64,000 bases of DNA. Origin: Clostridia bacterium. Lineage in GTDB: Bacteria; Bacillota; Clostridia; Monoglobales; Monoglobaceae. The position numbers and the translations under genes were made by a program. The notes under the pieces were generated by a model. It was not told where the DNA came from. It saw nothing but the letters and a program-made list of their open reading frames with translations, and did not search any database. Below, one piece after another: positions 9,446 to 19,296 of the stretch. Where the stretch lies: contig JAZNLK010000136.1 of assembly GCA_045579055.1 (NCBI GenBank), forward strand, positions 10,732 through 74,731, read 5' to 3'. Positions within the stretch are counted from its first letter, which is position 1, and every line of letters starts with the position of its first letter.

Positions 9446-12400
9446 AGTTCTGATATTCTGTCCAATCTCTGTTGGCTAACAAAGCAGTCCATTTTTCATA
9501 AATATTGTTCTTCATTTTGTAGTTATGGCTGTTTGTTGCTTCCTGAATCTGCAAGTAATACCATGCACCGGTATCGCTGTTATCTGACCATTTTGTCATG
9601 CTGTCCAAAAGGTCTTCAGCTGATTCGGGAATACGGTTCAGAACGCGGTTAATCATTGTGATTGCTTCTGCACGTGTAATGTGCTGATCCGGTTTAAAAG
9701 TGCCATCTTCATAGCCTCTGATCCAACCGTGAGCCGCAGCCTCATGAATTTCCTCTGCTGCCCAGTGACCGTCAACATCTGTGAAATTGTCGGCAACTTC
9801 AAACTCAGAATCGTCAAATCTTGCACAGATTACCGCAAATTCTGCACGGGTAATGAATGCATCGGGAACAAAAGCGTCTTTTGTACGTCCCTTAACAATA
9901 CCCAGCTTCGCCATTGACGAAATCGCCATATTATGCCACTGACCATTTTTAACGTCACCAAAATCATTTTCTTCTGAGAGGGATTCTGAACGAACACCTT
10001 CCTTCAACAATCTGAAGAATATGGTTGTAACCTCTGCACGGCTGATATTGTCATTGGGGCGAACCGTGTCGTCGGGATAACCGATAACATAAGCAAAATG
10101 CTCTTCACCATTCAGCGAACCCGGTGTCGAATGACCGTGGCCGGCATTTCCGTTATCCTCAACCCATGAAGCATAAACCGTGATATCCTTTGTCATCTTA
10201 ACTTCAGTTACGTGCTGAGTCAGTTCTGCATCCAGATACCAGCCCTCAAAAGCAAATCCTTTCTTAACAGGAACCTTTGTGAGAACCACTTCTTTGCCGG
10301 AATTGTGTGTTTCCTTCGCCAAAGCATTTCCGCCGTTTGTTTCGTAGGTCAAAGTATACCTTGCAACACTGGGACCACCGGTGCCGCCACCGCTGCCTTT
10401 GCGTGACCACTTGGCAACAAACATCATATTTCTTTCAACCTTCGCTGTATCACCGGGGTTGTAAACAACATCTGATTCTTCCCAACCCTTGAAGTTATAA
10501 CCGTTGCGAGTTGGTGCCGCATTAACTGTAATATCACTTCCTGCTTCCACAGCTTTTGTGCTGTAATCAACGCCTTCGGCACCTGTTCCGCCGTTCAGAT
10601 CGTAACCCACTGCATACTGTGTTACGAATCTGCCAAGGAATTCAACATTGTGATCAGGCATTGTAAACTTGTTGCTCTCAACAGATGCTGTATGTGTATA
10701 CCAACCGTCAAATGAATATCCGTCAAGCTGAGGCTTTGATTCAACATCAACAGTCGCACCATAACGTACACCTATCTTGTTCTTGTCTGCCAGAGCAGGT
10801 GCTTCAGCAGGCTGTTCACCGTAGTAACCATATGTTACATCATATATATTTCTGTCAAAGTAAATATCAAGAACCAGATTGCCGACACCGTTTTCATCAA
10901 CAGTCACATGACCGTAGGCCTTGCTGTGAGCGGGATTTACGTGGAAGCCAACGTGTTCCTTTGGTTCTGCTTCAACGTGCTGACCCGTAAGAGCAATGCG
11001 TGAATACGAAGATGCATCAAGAACGTAGTCTGCTGCATCGAATTCCGTGCCTGCGTCCACCTTCTGGAACCAATAATTAACCTTATATTCCACTTCGTTT
11101 GAAGTGAAGCTACCCTTAAATACAACATTCTTGTCGGGCATTTCAAATACACCGTTTTCGACTGTTGCATCTGCTGTTGTCCAGCCGCTGAATGTGAATC
11201 CCGGAACTATAGGTGCTGTCGCTACTGTCACATCTGTTCCGAAATGAACATCGTTTAGAGCTGCAGGAGCTGTGGGAGCACCGTTGGGAACAATACCGTC
11301 ATACTGATAAGCTACGGTGTGTCCGTTTCTGTCGTAGTAGAAATTGATAACCAGTGAACCGTTGCCAAGAACTGTTTCCGAAATCTGACCGGGTGTTCCG
11401 CCTGTGTAGTCGGTTACATCGGTAAATCCGGGGATTGTGTATGCATAAGCAGTAACCTCATCACCTGTTGTTCCCACACGTCTGTCACTTGTATAGATTT
11501 CGTAGCTGCCAAGGGTTTCTTTTTCAACCCAGTGGTTAATCACATAAGGAATACCACTATCAGCTGAGAAACGTCCTTCAAGACGAACATTGTGCATTGG
11601 CATTGTAAACTTGCCGCCATTAATTGTTACATTTGCGTCTGTATCAGACTGTGCAACGGGTTTCCAGCCCACAAAGGTTATACCCTGTGGTGCAACCGGT
11701 GTTGGGAGAACCGTTACTTCTTCACCGTGACGGTAAGAATTTGTATCAACGGGAGCTGTGTAATTTTCAGGAACACGACCTGTTACATAATATGTAACGT
11801 TGTACTTGATTCTGTCATAGAAAAGGTCAAGAACCAGTTTTCCGTCAGCTCTTACGATTCCCTTCACGGGGTCTGTTGATGCCAGAACGTAACCTGCAAA
11901 GTTTCTTGGGATTGCTGTTACCTCTGTGCCGGTTGTTCCTGCGTGTTCATTCACATAGTTGGGTTCTGCCGGATAGTTTCCGTCAGCCATCATAAGGTGA
12001 TGATGAACTTCGTACTTCGTATCACTTCTGGGATTGAAATTACCAACAAACACCACATTGCCTTCAGGCATTGTGAATGTTCCGCTTGCAGGAATTCCGA
12101 CTTTTTCGGGGTACCAGCCTTCGAATACATAACCTGTGAGTTCAGGAGCATCAGCAACCGCTACTCTTTCACCATACCTAAAGTCTTCCCGTGGAGGAAG
12201 AAGTCCATCTGCACCGGCAGGTTGTTCAGCCGGATCATACTTGTAGGTCACGGTGTACAGATTTCTCTTGTAGTGGAACTTGAGAACCGTTGAGCCGTCA
12301 GCCGCAATTGTTGAACTTTCAACGTTTGCCGCATTTTCATCAAATGTGAAGCCTACAGGATTCATACGAGCCGCACTAACTTCTTCGCCTGTTGTTCCGT

Positions 12401-15400
12401 AATGTGTCTTTTCGTAATAAACTTCTGCATCGTTATATGTTCCGTCAAGGTTCTGCAAGTAGTGAATTTCCTTGTATTCAATACCTGCCGAAGGTTCAAA
12501 ATCACCATAGAGAGTTACATATCTTGCAGGCATTGTAAATGTTGTGTGTTCAGATTCAACTGTATGACCGCTTGAATACCAACCAACAAACACATAACCT
12601 GTCATGCTGAGGTCATCTGCAATAGTAACCGTTTCACCATACTTATATTCACTATCATCTGTCGGAAGTTCGGGTGCACCGGCAGGCTGTTCGCCTTCAT
12701 AAGCATATGTCACGGTATAAGTATTTCTCTTGTAATGGAACATAAGAACTGTTGAACCATCAGCTTCGATTGTTGCCGAAACCACATTGTCAGCGTGATT
12801 TTGGTCAAATGTGAAGCCCTCTACTTCAGCAATAGGAGTTGCTGTTGCTGTATTGCCTGTTGTTCCTGTATGTGAAAATGTATACGCATCATTTATAACA
12901 TAATCACCATAAAGATCTTCAAAGTAGTGTTCTTCTGTCCAGACTACGCCGCTTGCAGGTTCAAAGTCACCATAGAGAGTTACGTCTCTTGCAGGCATTG
13001 TGAATGTTGTGTGTTCAGATTCAACTGTATGACCGCTTGAATACCAACCAGCAAACACATAACCTGTGAGTTCAAGGTCATCTGCAATAGTAACCGTTTC
13101 ACCGAACTTATATTCACTATCATCTGTCGGAAGTTCGGGTGCACCGGCAGGTTGTTCACCTTCATAAGCATATGTCACGGTATAAGTATTTCTCTTGTAA
13201 TGGAACTTAAGAACTGTTGAACCATTAGCCTCGATTGTTGCCGAAATCACATTATCAGCATGATTTTGGGCAAATGTGAAGCCCTCTACTTCAGCAATAG
13301 GGGTTGCTTCGGCTGTTTTACCGGTTGTTCCTGTGTGACTTACTGTGTAGTTGTCGTCCTTGATATAGTTGCCATCAAGGTCTTCAAAATAATGTTCTTC
13401 AACCCACTTTGTTCCTGCCGAAGGTTCAAAGTTACCAAGGAGCGTAACATTTCCTGCCGGCATCGTAAATGTTGCACCAATCTGAATTGCCAGATTTGTG
13501 GGATACCAGCCGTCAAACACATAACCTTCAAGCTCAAGAGCATCAGCTACTGTTACTGTTGCACCATACTTGTATGTATTATTGTCTGTGGGGAGTTCAG
13601 GAGCCCCTGTTGGCTGGTTGCCGTCATATGCATAAGTTACGGTATATGTGTTTCTCTTATAATACAACTTGAGAACCAAGGAGCCATCTCCTGCAATTGT
13701 GCCGCTAAGCTTGTTGTTTGCATTGTTTGCATCAAACTCAAAACCTGCAAAGGTCTTGTTTATTGCAGTTGCGGTTGAATTTGTTACACCTTCGCCTGTG
13801 TATCCGGCTTCTTCCTCAAGGTCATATCCGTCACCTTCAAGGTTTTCAAGATAATATTCAACCTTGTATAGGGTATTTGAATTTGCATTAAATTCACCAA
13901 TAAATGCAACCGGGTGAGCAGGCATTTTGAAGGTTTCTCCGGCCTGTGCAGTAACCGAAACGGATTCCCAACCACCGAATGTATATCCTTCAGCCGAGAC
14001 ATTGTTTGCAACAGTAACATCCTGACCGTATTTGTAGGTTGCCACCGTTGGTAACGTCGGAGCATTGTCGGGAATATCGCCTGCGTAATAATATGTCACA
14101 TCATATTCATCACGGTTATAGTAAAGCTTCAGAACAAGATGTGTTGATGCAGAAATTGTTCCGCTTACAACCTCATTGGGGTTGCCTTCATCATATGTAA
14201 AGCCTTCAAACTTCTTGGCAATTGCCGTCGCAGTAGTATCAGTTACACCTGTTTTCGTTTCGGTCTCGTGTTTCGTGTACTGACCGTCGGTCATGGTTTC
14301 AAGATAATGCTCAACGGTATATGAGGTATTGTCATCAGGTGCAAACACACCTCTGAGAGTTACCGAATGGTCAGGCATTGTAAATTTGCCGTCTGAAACC
14401 GTTACATCCTGTTCAAGAGGAACCCAGCCGCTGAATACGTAACCGGGAGCGCTTGCCTCAGGTGCAACAGTTACCTCTGTGCCATATGCAACATCTGTCT
14501 GATCTTGGGGAAGTGCGGATGCACCTGCCGGAGTGTTGCCGTATACATACTTCACATCGTATTTATTCACTTCAAATGTACCGATGATTTCAACATCCTC
14601 ATCAGGCATTGTGAATACGTCTTCAGGATTAATCGGTGAACCGTTGCGAGTCCAGCCGGTGAAGGTATAACCTTCCTTGGTGGGAGCCGCATCAACTGTT
14701 ACATCAGCACCGGTAAAACGGTTATATGAAACGGTTTCCTGACCGTCAACCTTATATACAACCTGATGTGCCGAAAGAACCGGAGTTTCCACATCCGCCG
14801 CTGATGTATCGTTGCTGTCCACCAATGATGCAAAGCCGCTGTTTGTGGGGAGCACACCGTCCAACAGGGTTACAGACGCCGCATCAATAACTCCATAGTC
14901 AGGAACAACCGTGAAACTTACAACCAGTCGTTTTCCGTAGAAGTCACCATTGTCGCCTCTTCCGGTTTCGGAAATATAATTCGCATCAAAGTCAAATCCG
15001 CTGACAACAAGACGATCCTCAACTATTTCGTGGGTGAGCCCTGCTTCATCAACAGGGTCTGCCCATGTGCCGTCTGCTTTTTTTGCACTTGTCTGCAGCT
15101 TCACATTGGTTGCACTTCCGTTTTGGAAATCAAAATAAGGAGAAAGAGTGTCAACCATTGTTGCTTCCTCGCCCATTGATATGGTGGGATGGTCAATTTC
15201 CTGAATGATGGACTCAAATATCATGGTAAGAGTCATATCGCCATGAGGAGTCATATAATATCCGTTTTCAATACTTCCGCCTTCACCCGCTGATGTCATG
15301 CTTGTGGCATTGGGGAAGTTTGACGTCATATAGTGCATAAACTTGTTGATATTTTCATCCAAATCTGTTGCATCGGCATCAGTATCTATGCAAACACCAT

Positions 15401-16565
15401 AAACAGTTACATCTGCTGCACTTTCCATATTTCCTGCGATTGTGATTGCATTGTTTGCAACGGTATTGCTGAAGTCGCTGGAATATGTGGGTGAACCATC
15501 CGTAAATACGATAACAACCTCGTTTCGGTCAACCGCACCTGTTGCAACAACCTCACTGCGGTTCATAAGAACCGTCTGTGCAAGGTTAAGACCGAAGTCA
15601 ACAGCTGTTGCACCACCGGGTTCAAGGGAATTTACGGCGTTCTTCAACGCCGTCGCACCTGCTGCATCAACCGGTGTAAGATTTTTTACTACCTCTGAGT
15701 AGTTGTAATCGTCCCTGCCGTCTGCACCCTTATGGTTACCTTCTGTAACTGTCGGCACGGTGCTGTTATGATAGCTGTTATCTGCAAATTTAACAATAGA
15801 GATATTATGCATCTGCGAGGTTTCAAGATCCGTATTCATCCGTGCAGTGGTATCAATAAAGGAATTAACCGCATCCTGAAGGGCTTTCATCTTTTTGACA
15901 GTCTGGCTTTCGGTTGTTGCCGTGTAGAACTGCACCACATCATATGAATTTGCACGTGTGGCTGAAACACCGCTCAAAACGGGGTATACAATCACCGCTG
16001 TATTTCCCACCGAATATTCATACATCTCAAATCCGTTTGAATCACGTCCCGTATAGGTTACGAGAGTGTATTCCGGCTTTTCTTCCGTCCCGGTGTTGAT
16101 GTAGTAATCTCTGCCGGTATCGTCCATACCATAAGCTGTACGTTGTATGGGAACAATGAAAACCCACTCTGTATATGTATACTCGCCGCCTGTTGCCGCA
16201 TTATATCCGGTTATTCTTGTGGTTGTGTAGTTTTGACCCATAGAACCGGAAACATCCAGCACAAGCACGATATCTGTGGGTGTCACGGAATTTGTCTGTT
16301 TAACCACACCTGTTGTGTGTGCCGTAAGTGTAATATCAATAGTTCCGTCAGACTTTGCGGTGGATGTTTTGGTATAAACTATTCCACCTGCCTGATTGGT
16401 GTTTTCCTTGGTGTCACTTTGAATTATGGTTGGTCCCGATGCCAGAAGCGACACGCCTGAAGTGCTTTTTTCGGCTGCAACTGTAATTCCTAAACTTGGA
16501 ACCAATGTCGCAAACATCGCAACCATCAAAAGCATCGACAAAAATCGTTTAAATTTACCTGTCAT
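9444..16565 (-). CDS. Giant cell-surface adhesin (2373 aa): signal peptide, vWA domain, about 12 Listeria-Bacteroides (Flg_new) repeats alternating with MucBP-like modules, and a C-terminal SLH triplet
   Basis: Start ATG at 16565 (MTGKFKRFLSMLLMVAMFATLVPSLGITVAA) with RBS GAAGGGG. MIDAS motif LVLDVSGSM plus FTDGSPT. Twelve G[YF]xFxGW...F[TE]MP modules. Three SLH repeats at the C-terminus (FAYVIGYPDDTVRP..., FGDVKNGQWH..., FTDVDGHWAAE...). Confidence 0.85.
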   Translation of the reverse strand: MTGKFKRFLSMLLMVAMFATLVPSLGITVAAEKSTSGVSLLASGPTIIQSDTKENTNQAGGIVYTKTSTAKSDGTIDITLTAHTTGVVKQTNSVTPTDIVLVLDVSGSMGQNYTTTRITGYNAATGGEYTYTEWVFIVPIQRTAYGMDDTGRDYYINTGTEEKPEYTLVTYTGRDSNGFEMYEYSVGNTAVIVYPVLSGVSATRANSYDVVQFYTATTESQTVKKMKALQDAVNSFIDTTARMNTDLETSQMHNISIVKFADNSYHNSTVPTVTEGNHKGADGRDDYNYSEVVKNLTPVDAAGATALKNAVNSLEPGGATAVDFGLNLAQTVLMNRSEVVATGAVDRNEVVIVFTDGSPTYSSDFSNTVANNAITIAGNMESAADVTVYGVCIDTDADATDLDENINKFMHYMTSNFPNATSMTSAGEGGSIENGYYMTPHGDMTLTMIFESIIQEIDHPTISMGEEATMVDTLSPYFDFQNGSATNVKLQTSAKKADGTWADPVDEAGLTHEIVEDRLVVSGFDFDANYISETGRGDNGDFYGKRLVVSFTVVPDYGVIDAASVTLLDGVLPTNSGFASLVDSNDTSAADVETPVLSAHQVVYKVDGQETVSYNRFTGADVTVDAAPTKEGYTFTGWTRNGSPINPEDVFTMPDEDVEIIGTFEVNKYDVKYVYGNTPAGASALPQDQTDVAYGTEVTVAPEASAPGYVFSGWVPLEQDVTVSDGKFTMPDHSVTLRGVFAPDDNTSYTVEHYLETMTDGQYTKHETETKTGVTDTTATAIAKKFEGFTYDEGNPNEVVSGTISASTHLVLKLYYNRDEYDVTYYYAGDIPDNAPTLPTVATYKYGQDVTVANNVSAEGYTFGGWESVSVTAQAGETFKMPAHPVAFIGEFNANSNTLYKVEYYLENLEGDGYDLEEEAGYTGEGVTNSTATAINKTFAGFEFDANNANNKLSGTIAGDGSLVLKLYYKRNTYTVTYAYDGNQPTGAPELPTDNNTYKYGATVTVADALELEGYVFDGWYPTNLAIQIGATFTMPAGNVTLLGNFEPSAGTKWVEEHYFEDLDGNYIKDDNYTVSHTGTTGKTAEATPIAEVEGFTFAQNHADNVISATIEANGSTVLKFHYKRNTYTVTYAYEGEQPAGAPELPTDDSEYKFGETVTIADDLELTGYVFAGWYSSGHTVESEHTTFTMPARDVTLYGDFEPASGVVWTEEHYFEDLYGDYVINDAYTFSHTGTTGNTATATPIAEVEGFTFDQNHADNVVSATIEADGSTVLMFHYKRNTYTVTYAYEGEQPAGAPELPTDDSEYKYGETVTIADDLSMTGYVFVGWYSSGHTVESEHTTFTMPARYVTLYGDFEPSAGIEYKEIHYLQNLDGTYNDAEVYYEKTHYGTTGEEVSAARMNPVGFTFDENAANVESSTIAADGSTVLKFHYKRNLYTVTYKYDPAEQPAGADGLLPPREDFRYGERVAVADAPELTGYVFEGWYPEKVGIPASGTFTMPEGNVVFVGNFNPRSDTKYEVHHHLMMADGNYPAEPNYVNEHAGTTGTEVTAIPRNFAGYVLASTDPVKGIVRADGKLVLDLFYDRIKYNVTYYVTGRVPENYTAPVDTNSYRHGEEVTVLPTPVAPQGITFVGWKPVAQSDTDANVTINGGKFTMPMHNVRLEGRFSADSGIPYVINHWVEKETLGSYEIYTSDRRVGTTGDEVTAYAYTIPGFTDVTDYTGGTPGQISETVLGNGSLVINFYYDRNGHTVAYQYDGIVPNGAPTAPAALNDVHFGTDVTVATAPIVPGFTFSGWTTADATVENGVFEMPDKNVVFKGSFTSNEVEYKVNYWFQKVDAGTEFDAADYVLDASSYSRIALTGQHVEAEPKEHVGFHVNPAHSKAYGHVTVDENGVGNLVLDIYFDRNIYDVTYGYYGEQPAEAPALADKNKIGVRYGATVDVESKPQLDGYSFDGWYTHTASVESNKFTMPDHNVEFLGRFVTQYAVGYDLNGGTGAEGVDYSTKAVEAGSDITVNAAPTRNGYNFKGWEESDVVYNPGDTAKVERNMMFVAKWSRKGSGGGTGGPSVARYTLTYETNGGNALAKETHNSGKEVVLTKVPVKKGFAFEGWYLDAELTQHVTEVKMTKDITVYASWVEDNGNAGHGHSTPGSLNGEEHFAYVIGYPDDTVRPNDNISRAEVTTIFFRLLKEGVRSESLSEENDFGDVKNGQWHNMAISSMAKLGIVKGRTKDAFVPDAFITRAEFAVICARFDDSEFEVADNFTDVDGHWAAEEIHEAAAHGWIRGYEDGTFKPDQHITRAEAITMINRVLNRIPESAEDLLDSMTKWSDNSDTGAWYYLQIQEATNSHNYKMKNNIYEKWTALLANRDWTEYQN
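12493..13422 (-). repeat. Two adjacent 465-bp (155-aa) tandem units inside the adhesin gene
   Basis: Units 12493-12957 and 12958-13422 begin with the same string, GGTTCAAA(A/G)TCACCATAGAGAGTTAC. By eye they are more than 90% identical over about the first 330 bp. More diverged units of the same period extend from about 10.6 to 14.6 kb. Confidence 0.8.
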
Positions 16566-16863
16566 TAAAAACCCCTTCTTTCGTATTTTTGTTAAGCAAT
16601 TTGTTCGTACAAATTCCGATGATGTCCTTTTCTTCCGCTTTCTGCAAATACCTGCAGCTTCCGCAGTCATCATCCTCACCTTCTGCATAAGGACAGCCTG
16701 TGCTTGTCACATTCACCCACGGGCTGCCTCGCGGTGTGTATCGGACAGAGTCTTCAAAATCCGGATAATCTCCCAAAAACTTTTTTGAAAACTCATCATA
16801 ACGGAAAACAATCTCCAATGTGTCTCCCTCAAGGGCATAAGTCCTTGTATAGGTCTCTCCCAT
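16555..16863 (-). CDS. Small hypothetical Cys-containing protein (102 aa) whose stop overlaps the adhesin start
   Basis: Strong RBS AAGGAGG precedes the ATG at 16863. There is no signal peptide. It contains a CPY...CGSC motif. Its stop (16555-16557) overlaps the adhesin ATG (16563-16565) by 11 nt. Confidence 0.5.
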   Translation of the reverse strand: MGETYTRTYALEGDTLEIVFRYDEFSKKFLGDYPDFEDSVRYTPRGSPWVNVTSTGCPYAEGEDDDCGSCRYLQKAEEKDIIGICTNKLLNKNTKEGVFNDR

Positions 16864-17016
16864 GGCTTCGCCTCCTTTGCTAAATGGTAGAATAACGAAA
16901 TTATTCCTTAATATACCTTTATTATATAAAATACTATCCGAAAATTAAAGAGTATTTTGGGGAATAAAAAGTACAATTTTTCTTCCGAAAATCCCTTTGA
17001 GGCCTCCCCAATCCTT

Positions 17017-17059
17017 GTAAATAAACAAATTCCTGCTGTTCGCCAAGCGAACAGCAGGA
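17017..17059 (-). terminator. Rho-independent terminator after the LuxR-type regulator
   Basis: Hairpin TCCTGCTGTTCGC caa GCGAACAGCAGGA (17031-17059). A T-rich tract (ATTTGTTTATTT) follows on the minus strand. Confidence 0.6.
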
Positions 17060-17062
17060 AAA

Positions 17063-18229
17063 TCAATCGTTTAAAATATTTCGTAGTTCTGACTTTTTCG
17101 AAATACCCAGTTTGTCATAAATAGTTCTGACGTAATTCTTTATGGTGCTTTCCGAAAGTTCCAGATGTGCCGCAATCTCTTTGGTTGACCAGTTCTTGTT
17201 ATAAAGTATTGTAACAATAATTTCATTTGCCGTCATAGTATGAGCAAAATCGCCCCGATTGGACTGTTCAAATCTTCTGAGACCCGTATCGGTTTCCATC
17301 GCAATTCCGGCAACCTTTTTATATTCATCAGGGTAATCTTTTTTCAAGGTAACTTCAATCAATCCCGAAAGTCTGCCGTGGTGAGTGCCGATAATTTTCA
17401 CAAATCCGTCCGGTCTCACCAGTTCCAAAATTCCCACAAAACGACGCTTTGCTTCATCATTCTTTTTCATATTCATAAGCGCCGAGGCGGCAATTGTTTC
17501 CGCAAATATGACTGCCACGGGATATTGACTGTTGCACATAGCCACAGCAATGTCGCAAATTGCAAGAGCACGTTCATCTTCACCCTCCTGCAAGGCTTCA
17601 AAAGCCAGCACATAGCAACCAAAAAGTCTGATTCCGTTGGGTAGATATTTCAAATATTCTTCAAGGGACGGAACTTCGGGTATATCCAGCTTCAAAAGAA
17701 CCTTTCCCATATATGCAGTAAGAATCCACAAAGCACGGTTTTCGGGAACTGTGTCCTCTGCAAGCTCTTTTTCAAGCTGAGAAGAAACCAGTTCAGACAC
17801 CAGCTCGCCACGTCCGGAATTTCCACTCAAAGCAGTTGCAAAAGTACATATGACACCGGCAGAAAACCTAAGAACAATATCCTTGCTGTAAAGATAGGGT
17901 TCGGTCAGTTCTTGTGCAAGCTCACTCTGACCGGTGTAATAGTAATATTCTGCAAGAGCAATGTTTCTGTCATCATCGTCCCCAAGGGTCTCTATGTATT
18001 CCAACGCCTTTCCCGGTTCAAAACTCCCACGCAGAAGCGGCCAGGGCATTCTATGGCTATTGAGTGCCGAGCTGGCTCCCACCGCTGTTTTTACAGCATC
18101 CTTTGGAATAAGCCAATCTCTGCCTTGCTTTGTGCATCCCGGGAGCATTCCGGTACTTGCCCACTTTTGTACAGCACGAGGTGTCACGCCCAATCGCTTT
18201 GCCGCATCCCTTACAGATTCATATATCAT
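17063..18229 (-). CDS. LuxR-family regulator with an N-terminal excisionase/MerR-like HTH and a helical (TPR-like) middle region
   Basis: The C-terminus is a LuxR/GerE HTH (TANEIIVTILYNKNWSTKEIAAHLELSESTIKNYVRTIYDKLGI). The N-terminus (VRDAAKRLGVTPRAVQKWAS) is HTH_17-like. The ATG at 18229 has RBS GGAAGGTGA. Confidence 0.7.
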   Translation of the reverse strand: MIYESVRDAAKRLGVTPRAVQKWASTGMLPGCTKQGRDWLIPKDAVKTAVGASSALNSHRMPWPLLRGSFEPGKALEYIETLGDDDDRNIALAEYYYYTGQSELAQELTEPYLYSKDIVLRFSAGVICTFATALSGNSGRGELVSELVSSQLEKELAEDTVPENRALWILTAYMGKVLLKLDIPEVPSLEEYLKYLPNGIRLFGCYVLAFEALQEGEDERALAICDIAVAMCNSQYPVAVIFAETIAASALMNMKKNDEAKRRFVGILELVRPDGFVKIIGTHHGRLSGLIEVTLKKDYPDEYKKVAGIAMETDTGLRRFEQSNRGDFAHTMTANEIIVTILYNKNWSTKEIAAHLELSESTIKNYVRTIYDKLGISKKSELRNILND

Positions 18230-18284
18230 TGTTGTCACCTTCCGTAATTCACGGTAATTCCCGTTTAAATATAAGGAATTATTC

Positions 18285-19250
18285 TCAGCAATCCACAAAG
18301 CTGAACTTTATCTTCATTGTCTTGCTTTCTCCCGGTTCAAGGAATTTAAGGATTCCCTTTTCACGCATAACATCTCTGCCGTCGGGGTTACAGTTGGCAG
18401 GTTCAAGACCCAGAACGTATTCATATTCACCCATCTGCTTCCATTCCGTAAAGCAATCAAGAGTGCTTCTGTCAAATGTCATCCGAAGCTCGGTATTGAT
18501 ATCAGGATTCGAAAGTGAAATTTCGGGGTCTGCATCAAAGCTGTGATAGTAGCACTGTTCAACAAAGTTCGGGTCGGGAACAAGCATCTTGTCCCAAGTG
18601 TCAATATCCTTTGCGGCATGGTCGTCACGTGGTGCAACCGAAGAAGATGAAATCTTCAGAACCGACTTCTCACTAAGCAGAGGATAACCCATATTGCAAT
18701 GATACATAATCATAAAAGGCGCAGTACGACAACCGATATTCTTCACAGTGTCAATCACTTCAAGAGTGTTGTCATTGAGACCGCAAACGTATTCACGGAT
18801 CAAAAGATACTGATTTCCGCCCAAAGAGCCGTCACGGACAACCGCCTTGATTCTGATATAGTCGTCCTCAACGGAGTATGAATGCTGTTCGCAGGGTATG
18901 TGTGCAATATTTCCGTGAAGAGGCAATTCCTCGCCGTTATCGTTGCAGGGGCTTCCCACAGCACTGAGACCGCAGGTGGTTATGAAGCCTGCCGTAAAGG
19001 ATTTCAGGAAATTGTCGCCCGTTCCTTCATAATACTGAGGTCCCACAAGACCGCAAGGGGAGATGTACGCCATACTGTTGCCCTTATAGAAAAGATAAGG
19101 GATGTCAGCGCATCTGTCAAGGGATACCGAAAATTCAAGTCCCTTTCCGTTGCGAACCTCAAGCATTCTCATTCCGTCAGCCTTTCCGCCGACCATTCTC
19201 GTTTCCTTAACTCCGCAAATCTGCGAAGGATGTCCTATGTATTTGTTCAT
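18285..19250 (-). CDS. Aldose-1-epimerase-like protein (DUF4432 family)
   Basis: The pattern (GVKETRMVGGKADGMRMLEVRNGKGLEFSV..DRCADI) resembles DUF4432 mutarotase-fold proteins. The ATG at 19250 has RBS AAGGTGGA. The ORF-track start at 19262 is a GTG lying inside that RBS. Confidence 0.65.
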   Translation of the reverse strand: MNKYIGHPSQICGVKETRMVGGKADGMRMLEVRNGKGLEFSVSLDRCADIPYLFYKGNSMAYISPCGLVGPQYYEGTGDNFLKSFTAGFITTCGLSAVGSPCNDNGEELPLHGNIAHIPCEQHSYSVEDDYIRIKAVVRDGSLGGNQYLLIREYVCGLNDNTLEVIDTVKNIGCRTAPFMIMYHCNMGYPLLSEKSVLKISSSSVAPRDDHAAKDIDTWDKMLVPDPNFVEQCYYHSFDADPEISLSNPDINTELRMTFDRSTLDCFTEWKQMGEYEYVLGLEPANCNPDGRDVMREKGILKFLEPGESKTMKIKFSFVDC

Positions 19251-19296
19251 ATTTTCATCCACCTTTTATTATTTTCTTACTCCAAAAGTATATGCT

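Noticed and set aside
13260-13778. Many 60-230 aa ORFs lie antisense to, or out of frame within, the large genes. Examples are 13260-13778, 19102-19968, 34384-35079, 35086-35673, 45613-46245, 47870-48499 and 51179-51652.
   Set aside because: They are fully embedded in strongly supported genes on the opposite strand or in another frame. They have no RBS and Cys/His/Arg-rich unnatural composition. They are the expected by-product of long ORFs in moderately AT-rich DNA.
9444-16565. LPxTG sortase signal in the giant proteins (ELPTDD / LPTVAT strings).
   Set aside because: These strings are internal, occur in every repeat unit, and are not followed by a hydrophobic segment and basic tail at the C-terminus. 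Anchoring is explained by the SLH triplet.
16566-16688. The ORF track gives 5' extensions for many genes: 16688, 39863, 43180, 18298, 19262, 8183, 27281, 56970, 3883, 5551, 6932, 8226, 23099 and 32822.
   Set aside because: In each case an internal start has a proper Shine-Dalgarno sequence at 5-11 nt spacing. That start begins a signal peptide or a conserved family N-terminus, and it removes overlap with the upstream gene. The extensions encode basic, low-complexity peptides.
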